In this document: in pieces, positions 28,301 through 44,000 of the stretch
How positions within the stretch are numbered: position 1 is the first letter of the stretch
Layout of the letters: each line of letters starts with the position of its first letter
Origin: Auanema rhodensis
Taxonomy: Eukaryota; Animalia; Nematoda
NCBI GenBank assembly: GCA_964057225.1
Contig: OZ059898.1
Span: forward strand, 20,708,001 to 20,772,000
Length of the DNA: 64,000 bases
Direction of reading: 5' to 3'
Made by a program: the position numbers and the translations under genes
Notes under the pieces: generated by a model
What the model was told of the DNA's origin: nothing
Databases searched by the model: none
The model's input: the letters and a program-made list of their open reading frames with translations, nothing else

Positions 28301-31300
28301 GTCCATATTAGTCTAAAAACAAATTTTTATTGATATTGGTGCATGGTAACCATGACTTTGAAATTTACGTGAACTTTAATTTATGCTAATTAAATGTACA
28401 CGTGATGTGCACTTGGTATGTAACTCGCTTCACGTGAAAGATAAAGAGATGCGGTTTTCAAAATTAGATTCCTCATGACCATATTAGTCTAAAAACAAAT
28501 TTTTATTGATTTTGGTGCATGGTAACCATGACTTTGAAATTTACGTGAACTTTAATTTATGCTAATTAAATGTACACGTGATGTGCACTTGGTATGTAAC
28601 TCGCTTCACGTGAAAGATAAAGAGATGCGGTTTTCAAAATTAGATTCCCCATGTCCATATTAGTCTAAAAACAAATTTTTATTGATATTGGTGCATGGTA
28701 ACCATGACTTTGAAATTTACGTGAACTTTAATTTATGCTAATTAAATGTACACGTGATGTGCACTTGGTATGTAACTCGCTTCACGTAAAAGATAAAGAG
28801 ATGCGGTTTTTAAAATCAGATTCCCCATGCCCATATTAGTCTAAAAACAAATTTTTATTGATATTGGTGCATGGTAACCATGACTTTGAAATTTACGTGA
28901 ACTTTAATTTATGCTAATTAAATGTACACGTGATGTGCACTTGGTATGTAACTCGCTTCACGTGAAAGATAAAGAGATGCGGTTTTCAAAATTAGATTCC
29001 CCATGTCCATATTAGTCTAAAAACAAATTTTTACTGATATTGGTTCATGGTAACCATGACTTTGAAATTTACGTGAACTTTAATTTATGCTAATTAATTG
29101 TACACGTGATGTGCACTTGGTATGTAACTCGCTTCACGTGAAAGATAAAGAGATGCGGTTTTCAAAATTAGATTCCCCATGTCCATATTAGTCTAAAAAC
29201 AAATTTTTATTGATATTGGTGCATGGTAACCATGACTTTGAAATTTACGTGAACTTTAATTTATTCTAATTAAATGTACACGTGATGTGCACTTGGTATG
29301 TAACTCGCTTCACGTGAAAGATAAAGAGATGCGGTTTTCAAAATTAGATTCTCCATGTCCATATTAGTCTAAAAACCAATTTTTATTGATATTGGTGCAT
29401 GGTAACCATGACTTTGAAATTTACGTGAACTTTAATTTATGCTAATTAAATGTACACGTGATGTGCACTTGGTATGTAACTCGCTTCACGTGAAAGATAA
29501 AGAGATGCGGTTTTCAAAATTAGATTCCCCATGTCCATATTAGTCTAAAAACAAATTTTTATTGATTTTGGTGCATGGTAACCATGACTTTGAAATTTAC
29601 GTGAACTTTAATTTATGCTAATTAAATGTACACGTGATGTGCACTTGGTATGTAACTCGCTTCACCTGAAAGATAAAGAGATGCGGTTTTCAAAATTAGA
29701 TTCCCCATGTCCATATTAGTCTAAAAACAAATTTTTATTGATATTGGTGCATGGTAACCATGACTTTGAAATTTACGTGAACTTTAATTTATGCTAATTA
29801 AATGTACACGTGATGTGCACTTGGTATGTAACTCGCTTCACGTGAAAGATAAAGAGATGCGGTTTTTAAAATCAGATTCCCCATGCCCATATTAGTCTAA
29901 AAACAAATTTTTATTGATATTGGTGCATGGTAACCATGACTTTGAAATTTACGTGAACTTTAATTTATGCTAATTAAATGTACACGTGATGTGCACTTGG
30001 TATGTAACTCGCTTCACGTGAAAGATAAAGAGATGCGGTTTTCGAAATTAGATTCCCCATGTCCATATTAGTCTAAAAACAAATTTTTATTGATATTGGT
30101 TCATGGTAACCATGACTTTGAAATTTACGTGAACTTTAATTTATGCTAATTAAATGTACACGTGATGTGCTCTTGGTATGTAACTCGCTTCACGTGAAAG
30201 AAAAAGAGATGCGGTTTTCAAAATTAGATTCCCCATGTCCATATTAGTCTAAAAACAAATGTTTATTGATATTGGTGCATGGTAACCATGACTTTGAAAT
30301 TTACGTGAACTTTAATTTATGCTAATTAAATGTACACGTGATGTGCACTTGGTATGTAACTCGCTTCACGTGAAAGATAAAGAGATGCGGTTTTCAAAAT
30401 TAGATTCCCCATGTCCATATTAGTCTAAAAACGAATTTTTATTGATATTGGTTCATGGTAACCATGACTTTGAAATTTACGTGAACTTTAATTTATGCTA
30501 ATTAAATGTACACGTGATGTGCACTTGGTATGTAACTCGCTTCACGTGAAAGATAAAGAGATGCGGTTTTCAAAATTAGATTCCCCATGTCCATATTAGT
30601 CTAAAAACAAATTTTTATTGATATTGGTGCATGGTAACCATGACTTTGAAATTTACGTGAACTTTAATTTATGCTAATTAAATGTACACGTGATGTGCAC
30701 TTGGTATGTAACTCGCTTCACGTGAAAGATAAAGAGATGCGGTTTTCAAAATTAGATTCCCCATGTCCATATTAGTCTAAAAACAAATTTTTATTGATAT
30801 TGGTGCATGGTAACCATGACTTTGAAATTTACGTGAACTTTAATTTATGCTAATTAAATGTACACGTGATGTGCACTTGGTATGTAACTCGCTTCACGTG
30901 AAAGATAAAGAGATGCGGTTTTTAAAATTAGATTCCCCATGTCCATATTAGTCTAAAAACGAATTTTTATTGATATTGGTTCATGGTAACCATGACTTTG
31001 AAATTTACGTGAACTTTAATTTATGCTAATTAAATGTACACGTGATGTGCACTTGGTATGTAACTCGCTTCACGTGAAAGATAAAGAGATGCGGTTCTCA
31101 AAATTAGATTCCCCATGTCCATATTAGTCTAAAAACAAATTTTTATTGATATTGGTGCATGGTAACCATGACTTTGAAATTTACGTGAACTTTAATTTAT
31201 GCTAATTAAATGTACACGTGATGTGCACTTGGTATGTAACTCGCTTCACGTGAAAGATAAAGAGATGCGGTTTTCAAAATTAGATTCCCCATGCCCATAT

Positions 31301-32046
31301 TAGTCTAAAAACAAATTTTTATTGATATTGGTGCATGGTAACCATGACTTTGAAATTTACGTGAACTTTAATTTATGCTAATTAAATGTACACGTGATGT
31401 GCACTTGGTATGTAACTCGCTTCACGTGAAAGATAAAGAGATGCGGTTTTCAAAATTAGATTCCCCATGTCCATATTAGTCTAAAAACAAATTTTTATTG
31501 ATTTTGGTGCATGGTAACCATGACTTTGAAATTTACGTGAACTTTAATTTATGCTAATTAAATGTACACGTGATGTGCACTTGGTATGTAACTCGCTTCA
31601 CGTGAAAGATAAAGAGATGCGGTTTTCAAAATTAGATTCCCCATGTCCATATTAGTCTAAAAACAAATTTTTATTGATATTGGTGCATGGTAACCATGAC
31701 TTTGAAATTTACGTGAACTTTAATTTATGCTAATTAAATGTACACGTGATGTGCACTTGGTATGTAACTCGCTTCACGTAAAAGATAAAGAGATGCGGTT
31801 TTTAAAATCAGATTCCCCATGCCCATATTAGTCTAAAAACAAATTTTTATTGATATTGGTGCATGGTAACCATGACTTTGAAATTTACGTGAACTTTAAT
31901 TTATGCTAATTAAATGTACACGTGATGTGCACTTGGTATGTAACTCGCTTCACGTGAAAGATAAAGAGATGCGGTTTTCAAAATTAGATTCCCCATGTCC
32001 ATATTAGTCTAAAAACAAATTTTTACTGATATTGGTTCATGGTAAC
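13391..32046. repeat. Variant domain 2 (T167G-dominant; markers A61T, A147G, T107C, gattttgg, G86A+ttttaaaatc+gccc, actgat)
   Basis: Most monomers read ggtgcatgg. Diagnostic monomers recur in fixed order in 6-, 10- and 12-monomer blocks. Confidence 0.85.
14799..18318. repeat. Higher-order tandem duplication, 10-monomer (1760-bp) unit
   Basis: The rare variants attaatgc (about 15531 and 17291) and atttccat (16331 and 18091) each occur twice, 1760 bp apart, with the intervening order conserved. Confidence 0.9.
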
Positions 32047-35000
32047 CATGACTTTGAAATTTACGTGAACTTTAATTTATGCTAATTAAATGTACACGTC
32101 ATGTGCACTTGGTATGTAACTCGCTTCACGTGAAAGAAAAAGAGATGCCGTTTTCAAAATTAGATTCCCCATGTCCATTTTAGTCTAAAAACAAATTGTT
32201 ATTGATATTGGTGCATGGTAACCATGACTTTGAAATTTACGTGAACTTTAATTTATGCTAATTAAATGTACACGTGATGTGCACTTGGTATGTAACTCGC
32301 TTCACGTGAAAGATAAAGAGATGCGGTTTTCAAAATTAGATTCCCCATGTCCATATTAGTCTAAAAACAAATTTTTATTGATATTGGTTCATGGTCACCA
32401 TGACTTTGAAATTTACGTGAACTTTAATTTATGCTAATTAAATGTACACGTGATGTGCACTTGGTATGTAACTCGCTTCACGTGAAAGATAAAGAGATGC
32501 GGTTTTCAAAATTAGATTCCCCATGTCCATATTAGTCTAAAAACAAATTTTTATTGATATTGGTTCATGGTAACCATGACTTTGAAATTTACGTGAACTT
32601 TAATTTATGCTAATTAAATGTACACGTGATGTGCACTTGGTATGTAACTCGCTTCACGTGAAAGATAAAGAGATGCGGTTTTCAAAATTAGATTCCCCAT
32701 GTACATGTTAGTCTAAAAACAAATTTTTATTGATATTGGTTCATGGTAACCATGACTTTGAAACTTACGTGAACTTTAATTTATGCTAATTAAATGTACA
32801 CGTGATGTGCACTTGGTATGTAACTCGCTTCACGTGAAAGATAAAGAGATGCGGTTTTCAAAATCAGATTCCCCATGTCCATATTAGTCTAAAAACAAAT
32901 TTTTATTGATATTGGTTCATGGTAACCATGACTTTGAAATTTACGTGAACTTTAATTTATGCTAATTAAATGTACACGTGATGTGCACTTGGTATGTAAC
33001 TCGCTTCACGTGAAAGATAAAGAGATGCGGTTTTCAAAATTAGATTCCCCATGTCCATATTAGTCTAAAAACCAATTTTTATTGATATTGGTGCATGGTA
33101 ACCATGACTTTGAAATTTACGTGAACTTTAATTTATGCTAATTAAATGTACACGTGATGTGCACTTGGTATGTAACTCGCTTCACGTGAAAGATAAAGAG
33201 ATGCGGTTTTCAAAATTAGATTCCCCATGTTCATATTAGTCTAAAAACAAATTTTTATTGATATTGGTTCATGGTAACCATGACTTTGAAATTTACGTGA
33301 ACTTTAATTTATGCTAATTAAATGTACACGTGATGTGCACTTGGTATGTAACTCGCTTCACGTGAAAGATAAAGAGATGCGGTTTTCAAAATTAGATTCC
33401 CCATGTCCATATTAGTCTAAAAACAAATTTTTATTGATATTGGTGCATGGTAACCATGACTTTGAAATTTACGTGAACTTTAATTTATGCTAATTAAATG
33501 TACACGTGATGTGCACTTGGTATGTAACTCGCTTCACTTGAAAGATAAAGAGATGCGGTTTTTAAAATCAGATTCCCCATGCCCATATTAGTCTAAAAAC
33601 AAATTTTTATTGATATTGGTGCATGGTAACCATGACTTTGAAATTTACGTGAACTTTAATTTATGCTAATTAAATGTACACGTGATGTGCACTTGGTATG
33701 TAACTCGCTTCACGTGAAAGATAAAGAGATGCGGTTTTTAAAATTAGATTCCCCATGTCCATATTAGTCTAAAAACAAATTTTTATTGATATTGGTGCAT
33801 GTTAACCATGACTTTGAAATTTACGTGAACTTTAATTTATGCTAATTAAATGTACACGTGATGTGCACTTGGTATGTAACTCGCTTCACGTGAAAGATGA
33901 AGAGATGCGGTTTTCAAAATTAGATTCCCCATGTCCATATTAGTCTAAAAACAAATTTTTACTGATATTGGTTCATGGTAACCATGACTTTGAAATTTAC
34001 GTGAACTTTAATTTATGCTAATTAAATGTACACGTCATGTGCACTTGGTATGTAACTCGCTTCACGTGAAAGATAAAGAGATGCGGTTTTCAAAATTAGA
34101 TTCCCCATGTCCATATTAGTCTAAAAACAAATGTTTATCGATATTGGTGCATGGTAACCATGACTTTGAAATTTACGTGAACTTTAATTTATGCTAATTA
34201 AATGTACACGTGATGTGCACTTGGTATGTAACTCGCTTCACGTGAAAGATAAAGAGATGCGGTTTTCAAAATTAGATTCCCCATGTCCATATTAGTCTAA
34301 AAACAAATTTTTACTGATATTGGTTCATGGTAACCATGACTTTGAAATTTACGTGAACTTTAATTTATGCTAATTAAATGTACACGTCATGTGCACTTGG
34401 TATGTAACTCGCTTCACGTGAAAGAAAAAGAGATGCGGTTTTCAAAATTAGATTCCCCATGTCCATTTTAGTCTAAAAACAAATTGTTATTGATATTGGT
34501 GCATGGTAACCATGACTTTGAAATTTACGTGAACTTTAATTTATGCTAATTAAATGTACACGTGATGTGCACTTGGTATGTAACTCGCTTCACGTGAAAG
34601 ATAAAGAGATGCGGTTTTCAAAATTAGATTCCCCATGTCCATATTAGTCTAAAAACAAATTTTTATTGATATTGGTTCATGGTCACCATGACTTTGAAAT
34701 TTACGTGAACTTTAATTTATGCTAATTAAATGTACACGTGATGTGCACTTGGTATGTAACTCGCTTCACGTGAAAGATAAAGAGATGCGGTTTTCAAAAT
34801 TAGATTCCCCATGTCCATATTAGTCTAAAAACAAATTTTTATTGATATTGGTTCATGGTAACCATGACTTTGAAATTTACGTGAACTTTAATTTATGCTA
34901 ATTAAATGTACACGTGATGTGCACTTGGTATGTAACTCGCTTCACGTGAAAGATAAAGAGATGCGGTTTTCAAAATTAGATTCCCCATGTCCATATTAGT

Positions 35001-38000
35001 CTAAAAACAAATTTTTATTGATATTGGTTCATGGTAACCATGACTTTGAAATTTACGTGAACTTTAATTTATGCTAATTAAATGTACACGTGATGTGCAC
35101 TTGGTATGTAACTCGCTTCACGTGAAAGATAAAGAGATGCGGTTTTTAAAATCAGATTCCCCATGCCCATATTAGTCTAAAAACAAATTTTTATTGATAT
35201 TGGTGCATGGTAACCATGACTTTGAAATTTACGTGAACTTTAATTTATGCTAATTAAATGTACACGTGATGTGCACTTGGTATGTAACTCGCTTCACGTG
35301 AAAGATAAAGAGATGCGGTTTTTAAAATTAGATTCCCCATGTCCATATTAGTCTAAAAACAAATTTTTATTGATATTGGTGCATGTTAACCATGACTTTG
35401 AAATTTACGTGAACTTTAATTTATGCTAATTAAATGTACACGTGATGTGCACTTGGTATGTAACTCGCTTCACGTGAAAGATGAAGAGATGCGGTTTTAA
35501 AAATTAGATTCCCCATGTCCATATTAGTCTAAAAACAAATTTTTACTGATATTGGTTCATGGTAACCATGACTTTGAAATTTACGTGAACTTTAATTTAT
35601 GCTAATTAAATGTACACGTGATGTGCACTTGGTATGTAACTCGCTTCACGTGAAAGATAAAGAGATGCGGTTTTCAAAATTAGATTCCCCATGTCCATAT
35701 TAGTCTAAAAACAAATTTTTATTGATATTGGTTCATGGTAACCATGACTTTGAAATTTACGTGAACTTTAATTTATGCTAATTAAATGTACACGTGATGT
35801 GCACTTGGTATGTAACTCGCTTCACGTGAAAGATAAAGAGATGCGGTTTTCAAAATTAGATTCCCCATGTACATGTTAGTCTAAAAACAAATTTTTATTG
35901 ATATTGGTTCATGGTAACCATGACTTTGAAACTTACGTGAACTTTAATTTATGCTAATTAAATGTACACGTGATGTGCACTTGGTATGTAACTCGCTTCA
36001 CGTGAAAGATAAAGAGATGCGGTTTTCAAAATCAGATTCCCCATGTCCATATTAGTCTAAAAACAAATTTTTATTGATATTGGTTCATGGTAACCATGAC
36101 TTTGAAATTTACGTGAACTTTAATTTATGCTAATTAAATGTACACGTGATGTGCACTTGGTATGTAACTCGCTTCACGTGAAAGATAAAGAGATGCGGTT
36201 TTTAAAATTAGATTCCCCATGTTCATATTAGTCTAAAAACAAATTTTTATTGATATTGGTGCATGGTAACCATGACTTTGAAATTTACGTGAACTTTAAT
36301 TTATGCTAATTAAATGTACACGTGATGTGCACTTGGTATGTAACTCGTTTCACGTGAAAGATAAAGAGATGCGGTTTTCAAAATTAGATTCCCCATGTCC
36401 ATTTTAGTCTAAAAACAAATTTTTATTGATATTGGTTCATGGTAACCATGACTTTGAAATTTACGTGAACTTTAATTTATGCTAATTAAATGTACACGTG
36501 ATGTGCACTTGGTATGTAACTCGCTTCACGTGAAAGATAAAGAGATGCGGTTTTCAAAATTAGATTCCCCATGTCCATATTAGTCTAAAAACAAATTTTT
36601 ATTGATATTGGTTCATGGTAACCATGACTTTGAAATTTACGTGAACTTTAATTTATGCTAATTAAATGTACACGTGATGTGCACTTGGTATGTAACTCGC
36701 TTCACGTGAAAGATAAAGAGATGCGGTTTTCAAAATTAGATTCCCCATGTCCATATTAGTCTAAAAACAAATTTTTATTGATATTGGTTCATGGTACCCA
36801 TGACTTTGAAATTTACGTGAACTTTAATTTATGCTAATTAAATGTACACGTGATGTGCACTTGGTATGTAACTCGCTTCACGTGAAAGATAAAGAGATGC
36901 GGTTTTCAAAATTAGATTCCCCATGTCCATATTAGTCTAAAAACAAATTTTTATTGATATTGGTTCATGGTAACCATGACTTTGAAATTTACGTGAACTT
37001 TAATTTATGCTAATTAAATGTACACGTGATGTGCACTTGGTATGTAACTCGCTTCACGTGAAAAATAAAGAGATGCGGTTCTCAAAATTAGATTCCCCAT
37101 GTCCATATTAGTCTAAAAACAAATTTTTATTGATTTTGGTTCATGGTAACCATGACTTTGAAATTTACGTGAATTTTAATTTATGCTAATTAAATGTACA
37201 CGTGATGTGCACTTGGTATGTAACTCGCTTCACGTGAAAGATAAAGAGATGCGGTTTTCAAAATTAGATTCCCCATGTCCATAATAGTCTAATTACAAAT
37301 TTTTATTGATATTGGTTCATGGTAACCATGACTTTGAAATTTACGTGAACTTTAATTTATGCTAATTAAATGTACACGTGATGTGCACTTGGTATGTAAC
37401 TCGCTTCACGTGAAAGAAAAAGAGATGCGGTTTTCAAAATTAGATTCCCCATGTCCATATTAGTCTAAAAACAAATGTTTATCGATATTGGTGCATGGTA
37501 ACCATGACTTTGAAATTTACGTGAACTTTAATTTATGCTAATTAAATGTACACGTGATGTGCACTTGGTATGTAACTCGCTTCACGTGAAAGAAAAAGAG
37601 ATGCGGTTTTCAAAATTAGATTCCCCATGTCCATATTAGTCTAAAAACAAATTTTTATTGATATTGGTTCATGGTAACCATGACTTTGAAATTTACGTGA
37701 ACTTTAATTTATGCTAATTAAATGTACACGTCATGTGCACTTGGTATGTAACTCGCTTCACGTAAAAGATAAAGAGATGCGGTTTTCAAAATTAGATTCC
37801 CCATGTCCATATTAGTCTAAAAACAAATGTTTATCGATATTGGTGCATGGTAACCATGACTTTGAAATTTACGTGAACTTTAATTTATGCTAATTAAATG
37901 TACACGTGATGTGCACTTGGTATGTAACTCGCTTCACGTGAAAGATAAAGAGATGCGGTTTTTAAAATCAGATTCCCCATGCCCATATTAGTCTAAAAAC

Positions 38001-41000
38001 GAATTTTTATTGATATTGGTGCATGGTAACCATGACTTTGAAATTTACGTGAACTTTAATTTATGCTAATTAAATGTACACGTGATGTGCACTTGGTATG
38101 TAACTCGCTTCACGTGAAAGAAAAAGAGATGCGGTTTTCAAAATTAGATTCCCCATGTCCATTTTAGTCTAAAAACAAATTGTTATTGATATTGGTGCAT
38201 GGTAACCATGACTTTGAAATTTACGTGAACTTTAATTTATGCTAATTAAATGTACACGTGATGTGCACTTGGTATGTAACTCGCTTCACGTGAAAGATAA
38301 AGAGATGCGGTTTTCAAAATTAGATTCCCCATGTCCATATTAGTCTAAAAACAAATTTTTATTGATATTGGTTCATGGTCACCATGACTTTGAAATTTAC
38401 GTGAACTTTAATTTATGCTAATTAAATGTACACGTGATGTGCACTTGGTATGTAACTCGCTTCACGTGAAAGATAAAGAGATGCGGTTTTCAAAATTAGA
38501 TTCCCCATGTACATATTAGTCTAAAAACAAATTTTTATTGATATTGGTTCATGGTAACCATGACTTTGAAATTTACGTGAACTTTAATTTATGCTAATTA
38601 AATGTACACGTGATGTGCACTTGGTATGTAACTCGCTTCACGTGAAAGATAAAGAGATGCGGTTTTCAAAATTAGATTCCCCATGTACATGTTAGTCTAA
38701 AAACAAATTTTTATTGATATTGGTTCATGGTAACCATGACTTTGAAACTTACGTGAACTTTAATTTATGCTAATTAAATGTACACGTGATGTGCACTTGG
38801 TATGTAACTCGCTTCACGTGAAAGATAAAGAGATGCGGTTTTCAAAATCAGATTCCCCATGTCCATATTAGTCTAAAAACAAATTTTTATTGATATTGGT
38901 TCATGGTAACCATGACTTTGAAATTTACGTGAACTTTAATTTATGCTAATTAAATGTACACGTGATGTGCACTTGGTATGTAACTCGCTTCACGTGAAAG
39001 ATAAAGAGATGCGGTTTTTAAAATTAGATTCCCCATGTTCATATTAGTCTAAAAACAAATTTTTATTGATATTGGTGCATGGTAACCATGACTTTGAATT
39101 TTACGTGAACTTTAATTTATGCTAATTAAATGTACACGTGATGTGCACTTGGTATGTAACTCGTTTCACGTGAAAGATAAAGAGATGCGGTTTTCAAAAT
39201 TAGATTCCCCATGTCCATATTAGTCTAAAAACAAATTTTTATTGATATTGGTTCATGGTAACCATGACTTTGAAATTTACGTGAACTTTAATTTATGCTA
39301 ATTAAATGTACACGTGATGTGCACTTGGTATGTAACTCGCTTCACGTGAAAGATAAAGAGATGCGGTTTTCAAAATTAGATTCCCCATGTCCATATTAGT
39401 CTAAAAACAAATTGTTATTGATATTGGTGCATGGTAACCATGACTTTGAAATTTACGTGAACTTTAATTTATGCTAATTAAATGTACACGTGATGTGCAC
39501 TTGGTATGTAACTCGCTTCACGTAAAAGATAAAGAGATGCGGTTTTCAAAATTAGATTTCCCATGTCCATATTAGTCTAAAAACAAACTTTTATTGATAT
39601 TGGTTCATGGTAACCATGACTTTGAAATTTACGTGAACTTTAATTTATGCTAATTAAATGTACACGTGATGTGCACTTGGTATGTAACTCGCTTCACGTG
39701 AAAGATGATGCGGTTTTCGAAATTAGATTCCCCATGTCCATATTAGTCTAAAAACAAATTTTTATTGATATTGGTTCATGGTAACCATGACTTTGAAATT
39801 TACGTGAACTTTAATTTATGCTAATTAAATGTACACGTGATGTGCACTTGGTATGTAACTCGCTTCACGTGAAAGATAAAGAGATGCGGTTTTCAAAATT
39901 AGATTCCCCATGTCCATTTTAGTCTAAAAACAAATTTTTATTGATATTGGTTCATGGTAACCATGACTTTGAAATTTACGTGAACTTTAATTTATGCTAA
40001 TTAAATGTACACGTGATGTGCACTTGGTATGTAACTCGCTTCACGTGAAAGATAAAGAGATGCGGTTTTCAAAATTAGATTCCCCATGTCCATATTAGTC
40101 TAAAAACAAATTTTTATTGATATTGGTTCATGGTAACCATGACTTTGAAATTTACGTGAACTTTAATTTATGCTAATTAAATGTACACGTGATGTGCACT
40201 TGGTATGTAACTCGCTTCACGTGAAAGATAAAGAGATGCGGTTTTCAAAATTAGATTCCCCATGTCCATATTAGTCTAAAAACAAATTTTTATTGATATT
40301 GGTTCATGGTACCCATGACTTTGAAATTTACGTGAACTTTAATTTATGCTAATTAAATGTACACGTGATGTGCACTTGGTATGTAACTCGCTTCACGTGA
40401 AAGATAAAGAGATGCGGTTTTCAAAATTAGATTCCCCATGTCCATATTAGTCTAAAAACAAATTTTTATTGATATTGGTTCATGGTAACCATGACTTTGA
40501 AATTTACGTGAACTTTAATTTATGCTAATTAAATGTACACGTGATGTGCACTTGGTATGTAACTCGCTTCACGTGAAAAATAAAGAGATGCGGTTTTCAA
40601 AATTAGATTCCCCATGTCCATATTAGTCTAAAAACAAATTTTTATTGATTTTGGTTCATGGTAACCATGACTTTGAAATTTACGTGAATTTTAATTTATG
40701 CTAATTAAATGTACACGTGATGTGCACTTGGTATGTAACTCGCTTCACGTGAAAGATAAAGAGATGCGGTTTTTAAAATCAGATTCCCCATGCCCATATT
40801 AGTCTAAAAACGAATTTTTATTGATATTGGTTCATGGTAACCATGACTTTGAAATTTACGTGAACTTTAATTTATGCTAATTAAATGTACACGTGATGTG
40901 CACTTGGTATGTAACTCGCTTCACGTGAAAGAAAAAGAGATGCCGTTTTCAAAATTAGATTCCCCATGTCCATATTAGTCTAAAAACAAATTTTTATTGA

Positions 41001-44000
41001 TATTGGTTCATGGTAACCATGACTTTGAAATTTACGTGAACTTTAATTTATGCTAATTAAATGTACACGTCATGTGCACTTGGTATGTAACTCGCTTCAC
41101 GTAAAAGATAAAGAGATGCGGTTTTCAAAATTAGATTCCCCATGTCCATATTAGTCTAAAAACAAATGTTTATCGATATTGGTTCATGGTCACCATGACT
41201 TTGAAATTTACGTGAACTTTAATTTATGCTAATTAAATGTACACGTGATGTGCACTTGGTATGTAACTCGCTTCACGTGAAAGATAAAGAGATGCGGTTT
41301 TTAAAATTAGATTCCCCATGTCCATAATAGTCTAATTACAAATTTTTATTGATATTGGTTCATGGTAACCATGACTTTGAAATTTACGTGAACTTTAATT
41401 TATGCTAATTAAATGTTCACGTGATGTGCACTTGGTATGTAACTCACTTCACGTGAAAAATAAAGAGATGCGGTTTTCAAAATTAGATTCCCCATGTCCA
41501 TATTAGTCTAAAAACAAATTTTTATTGATTTTGGTTCATGGTAACCATGACTTTTAAATTTACGTGAATTTTAATTTATGCTAATTAAATGTACACTTGA
41601 TGTGCACTTGGTATGTAACTCGCTTCACGTGAAAGATAAAGAGATGCGGTTTTCAAAATTAGATTCCCCATGTCCATAATAGTCTAATTACAAATTTTTA
41701 TTGATATTGGTTCATGGTAACCATGACTTTGAAATTTACGTGAACTTTAATTTATGCTAATTAAATGTACACGTGATGTGCACTTGGTATGTAACTCGCT
41801 TCACGTGAAAGAAAAAGAGATGCGGTTTTCAAAATTAGATTCCCCATGTCCATATTAGTCTAAAAACAAATGTTTATCGATATTGGTGCATGGTAACCAT
41901 GACTTTGAAATTTACGTGAACTTTAATTTATGCTAATTAAATGTACACGTGATGTGCACTTGGTATGTAACTCGCTTCACGTGAAAGATAAAGAGATGCG
42001 GTTTTTAAAATCAGATTCCCCATGCCCATATTAGTCTAAAAACAAATTTTTATTGATATTGGTGCATGGTAACCATGACTTTGAAATTTACGTGAACTTT
42101 AATTTATGCTAATTAAATGTACACGTGATGTGCACTTGGTATGTAACTCGCTTCACGTGAAAGATAAAGAGATGCGGTTTTCAAAATTAGATTCCCCATG
42201 TCCATATTAGTCTACAAACAAATTTTTATTGATATTGGTGCATGGTAACCATGACTTTGAAATTTACGTGAACTTTAATTTATGCTAATTAAATGTACAC
42301 GTGATGTGCACTTGGTATGTAACTCGCTTCACGTGAAAGATAAAGAGATGCGGTTTTCAAAATTAGATTCCCCATGTCCATATTAGTCTAAAAACAAATT
42401 TTTACTGATATTGGTTCATGGTAACCATGACTTTGAAATTTACGTGAACCTTAACTTATGCTAATTAAATGTACACGTCATGTGCACTTGGTATGTAACT
42501 CGCTTCACGTGAAAGAAAAAGAGATGCGGTTTTCAAAATTAGATTCCCCATGTCCATTTTAGTCTAAAAACAAATTTTTACTGATATTGGTTCATGGTAA
42601 CCATGACTTTGAAATTTACGTGAACTTTAATTTATGCTAATTAAATGTACACGTGATGTGCACTTGGTATGTAACTCGCTTCACGTGAAAGATAAAGAGA
42701 TGCGGTTTTTAAAATCAGATTCCCCATGCCCATATTAGTCTAAAAACAAATTTTTATTGATATTGGTGCATGGTAACCATGACTTTGAAATTTACGTGAA
42801 CTTTAATTTATGCTAATTAAATGTACACGTGATGTGCACTTCGTATGTAACTCGCTTCACGTGAAAGATAAAGAGATGCGGTTTTCAAAATTAGATTCCC
42901 CATGTCCATATTAGTCTACAAACAAATTTTTATTGATATTGGTGCATGGTAACCATGACTTTGAAATTTACGTGAACTTTAATTTATGCTAATTAAATGT
43001 ACACGTGATGTGCACTTGGTATGTAACTCGCTTCACGTGAAAGATAAAGAGATGCGGTTTTCAAAATTAGATTCCCCATGTCCATATTAGTCTAAAAACA
43101 AATTTTTACTGATATTGGTTCATGGTAACCATGACTTTGAAATTTACGTGAACCTTAACTTATGCTAATTAAATGTACACGTCATGTGCACTTGGTATGT
43201 AACTCGCTTCACGTGAAAGAAAAAGAGATGCGGTTTTCAAAATTAGATTCCCCATGTCCATTTTAGTCTAAAAACAAATTGTTATTGATATTGGTGCATG
43301 GTAACCATGACTTTGAAATTTACGTGAACCTTAACTTATGCTAATTAAATGTACACGTGATGTGCACTTGGTATGTAACTCGCTTCACGTGAAAGATAAA
43401 GAGATGCGGTTTTCAAAATTAGATTCCCCATGTCCATATTAGTCTAAAAACAAATTTTTATTGATATTGGTGCATGGTAACCATGACTTTGAAATTTACG
43501 TGAACTTTAATTTATGCTAATTAAATGTACACGTGATGTGCACTTGGTATGTAACTCGCTTCACGTGAAAGATAAAGAGATGCGGTTTTCAAAATTAGAT
43601 TCCCCATGTCCATATTAGTCTAAAAACAAATTTTTACTGATATTGGTTCATGGTAACCATGACTTTGAAATTTACGTGAACCTTAACTTATGCTAATTAA
43701 ATGTACACGTCATGTGCACTTGGTATGTAACTCGCTTCACGTGAAAGAAAAAGAGATGCGGTTTTCAAAATTAGATTCCCCATGTCCATTTTAGTCTAAA
43801 AACAAATTGTTATTGATATTGGTGCATGGTAACCATGACTTTGAAATTTACGTGAACTTTAATTTATGCTAATTAAATGTACACGTGATGTGCACTTGGT
43901 ATGTAACTCGCTTCACGTGAAAGATAAAGAGATGCGGTTTTCAAAATTAGATTCCCCATGTCCATATTAGTCTAAAAACAAATTTTTATTGATATTGGTT

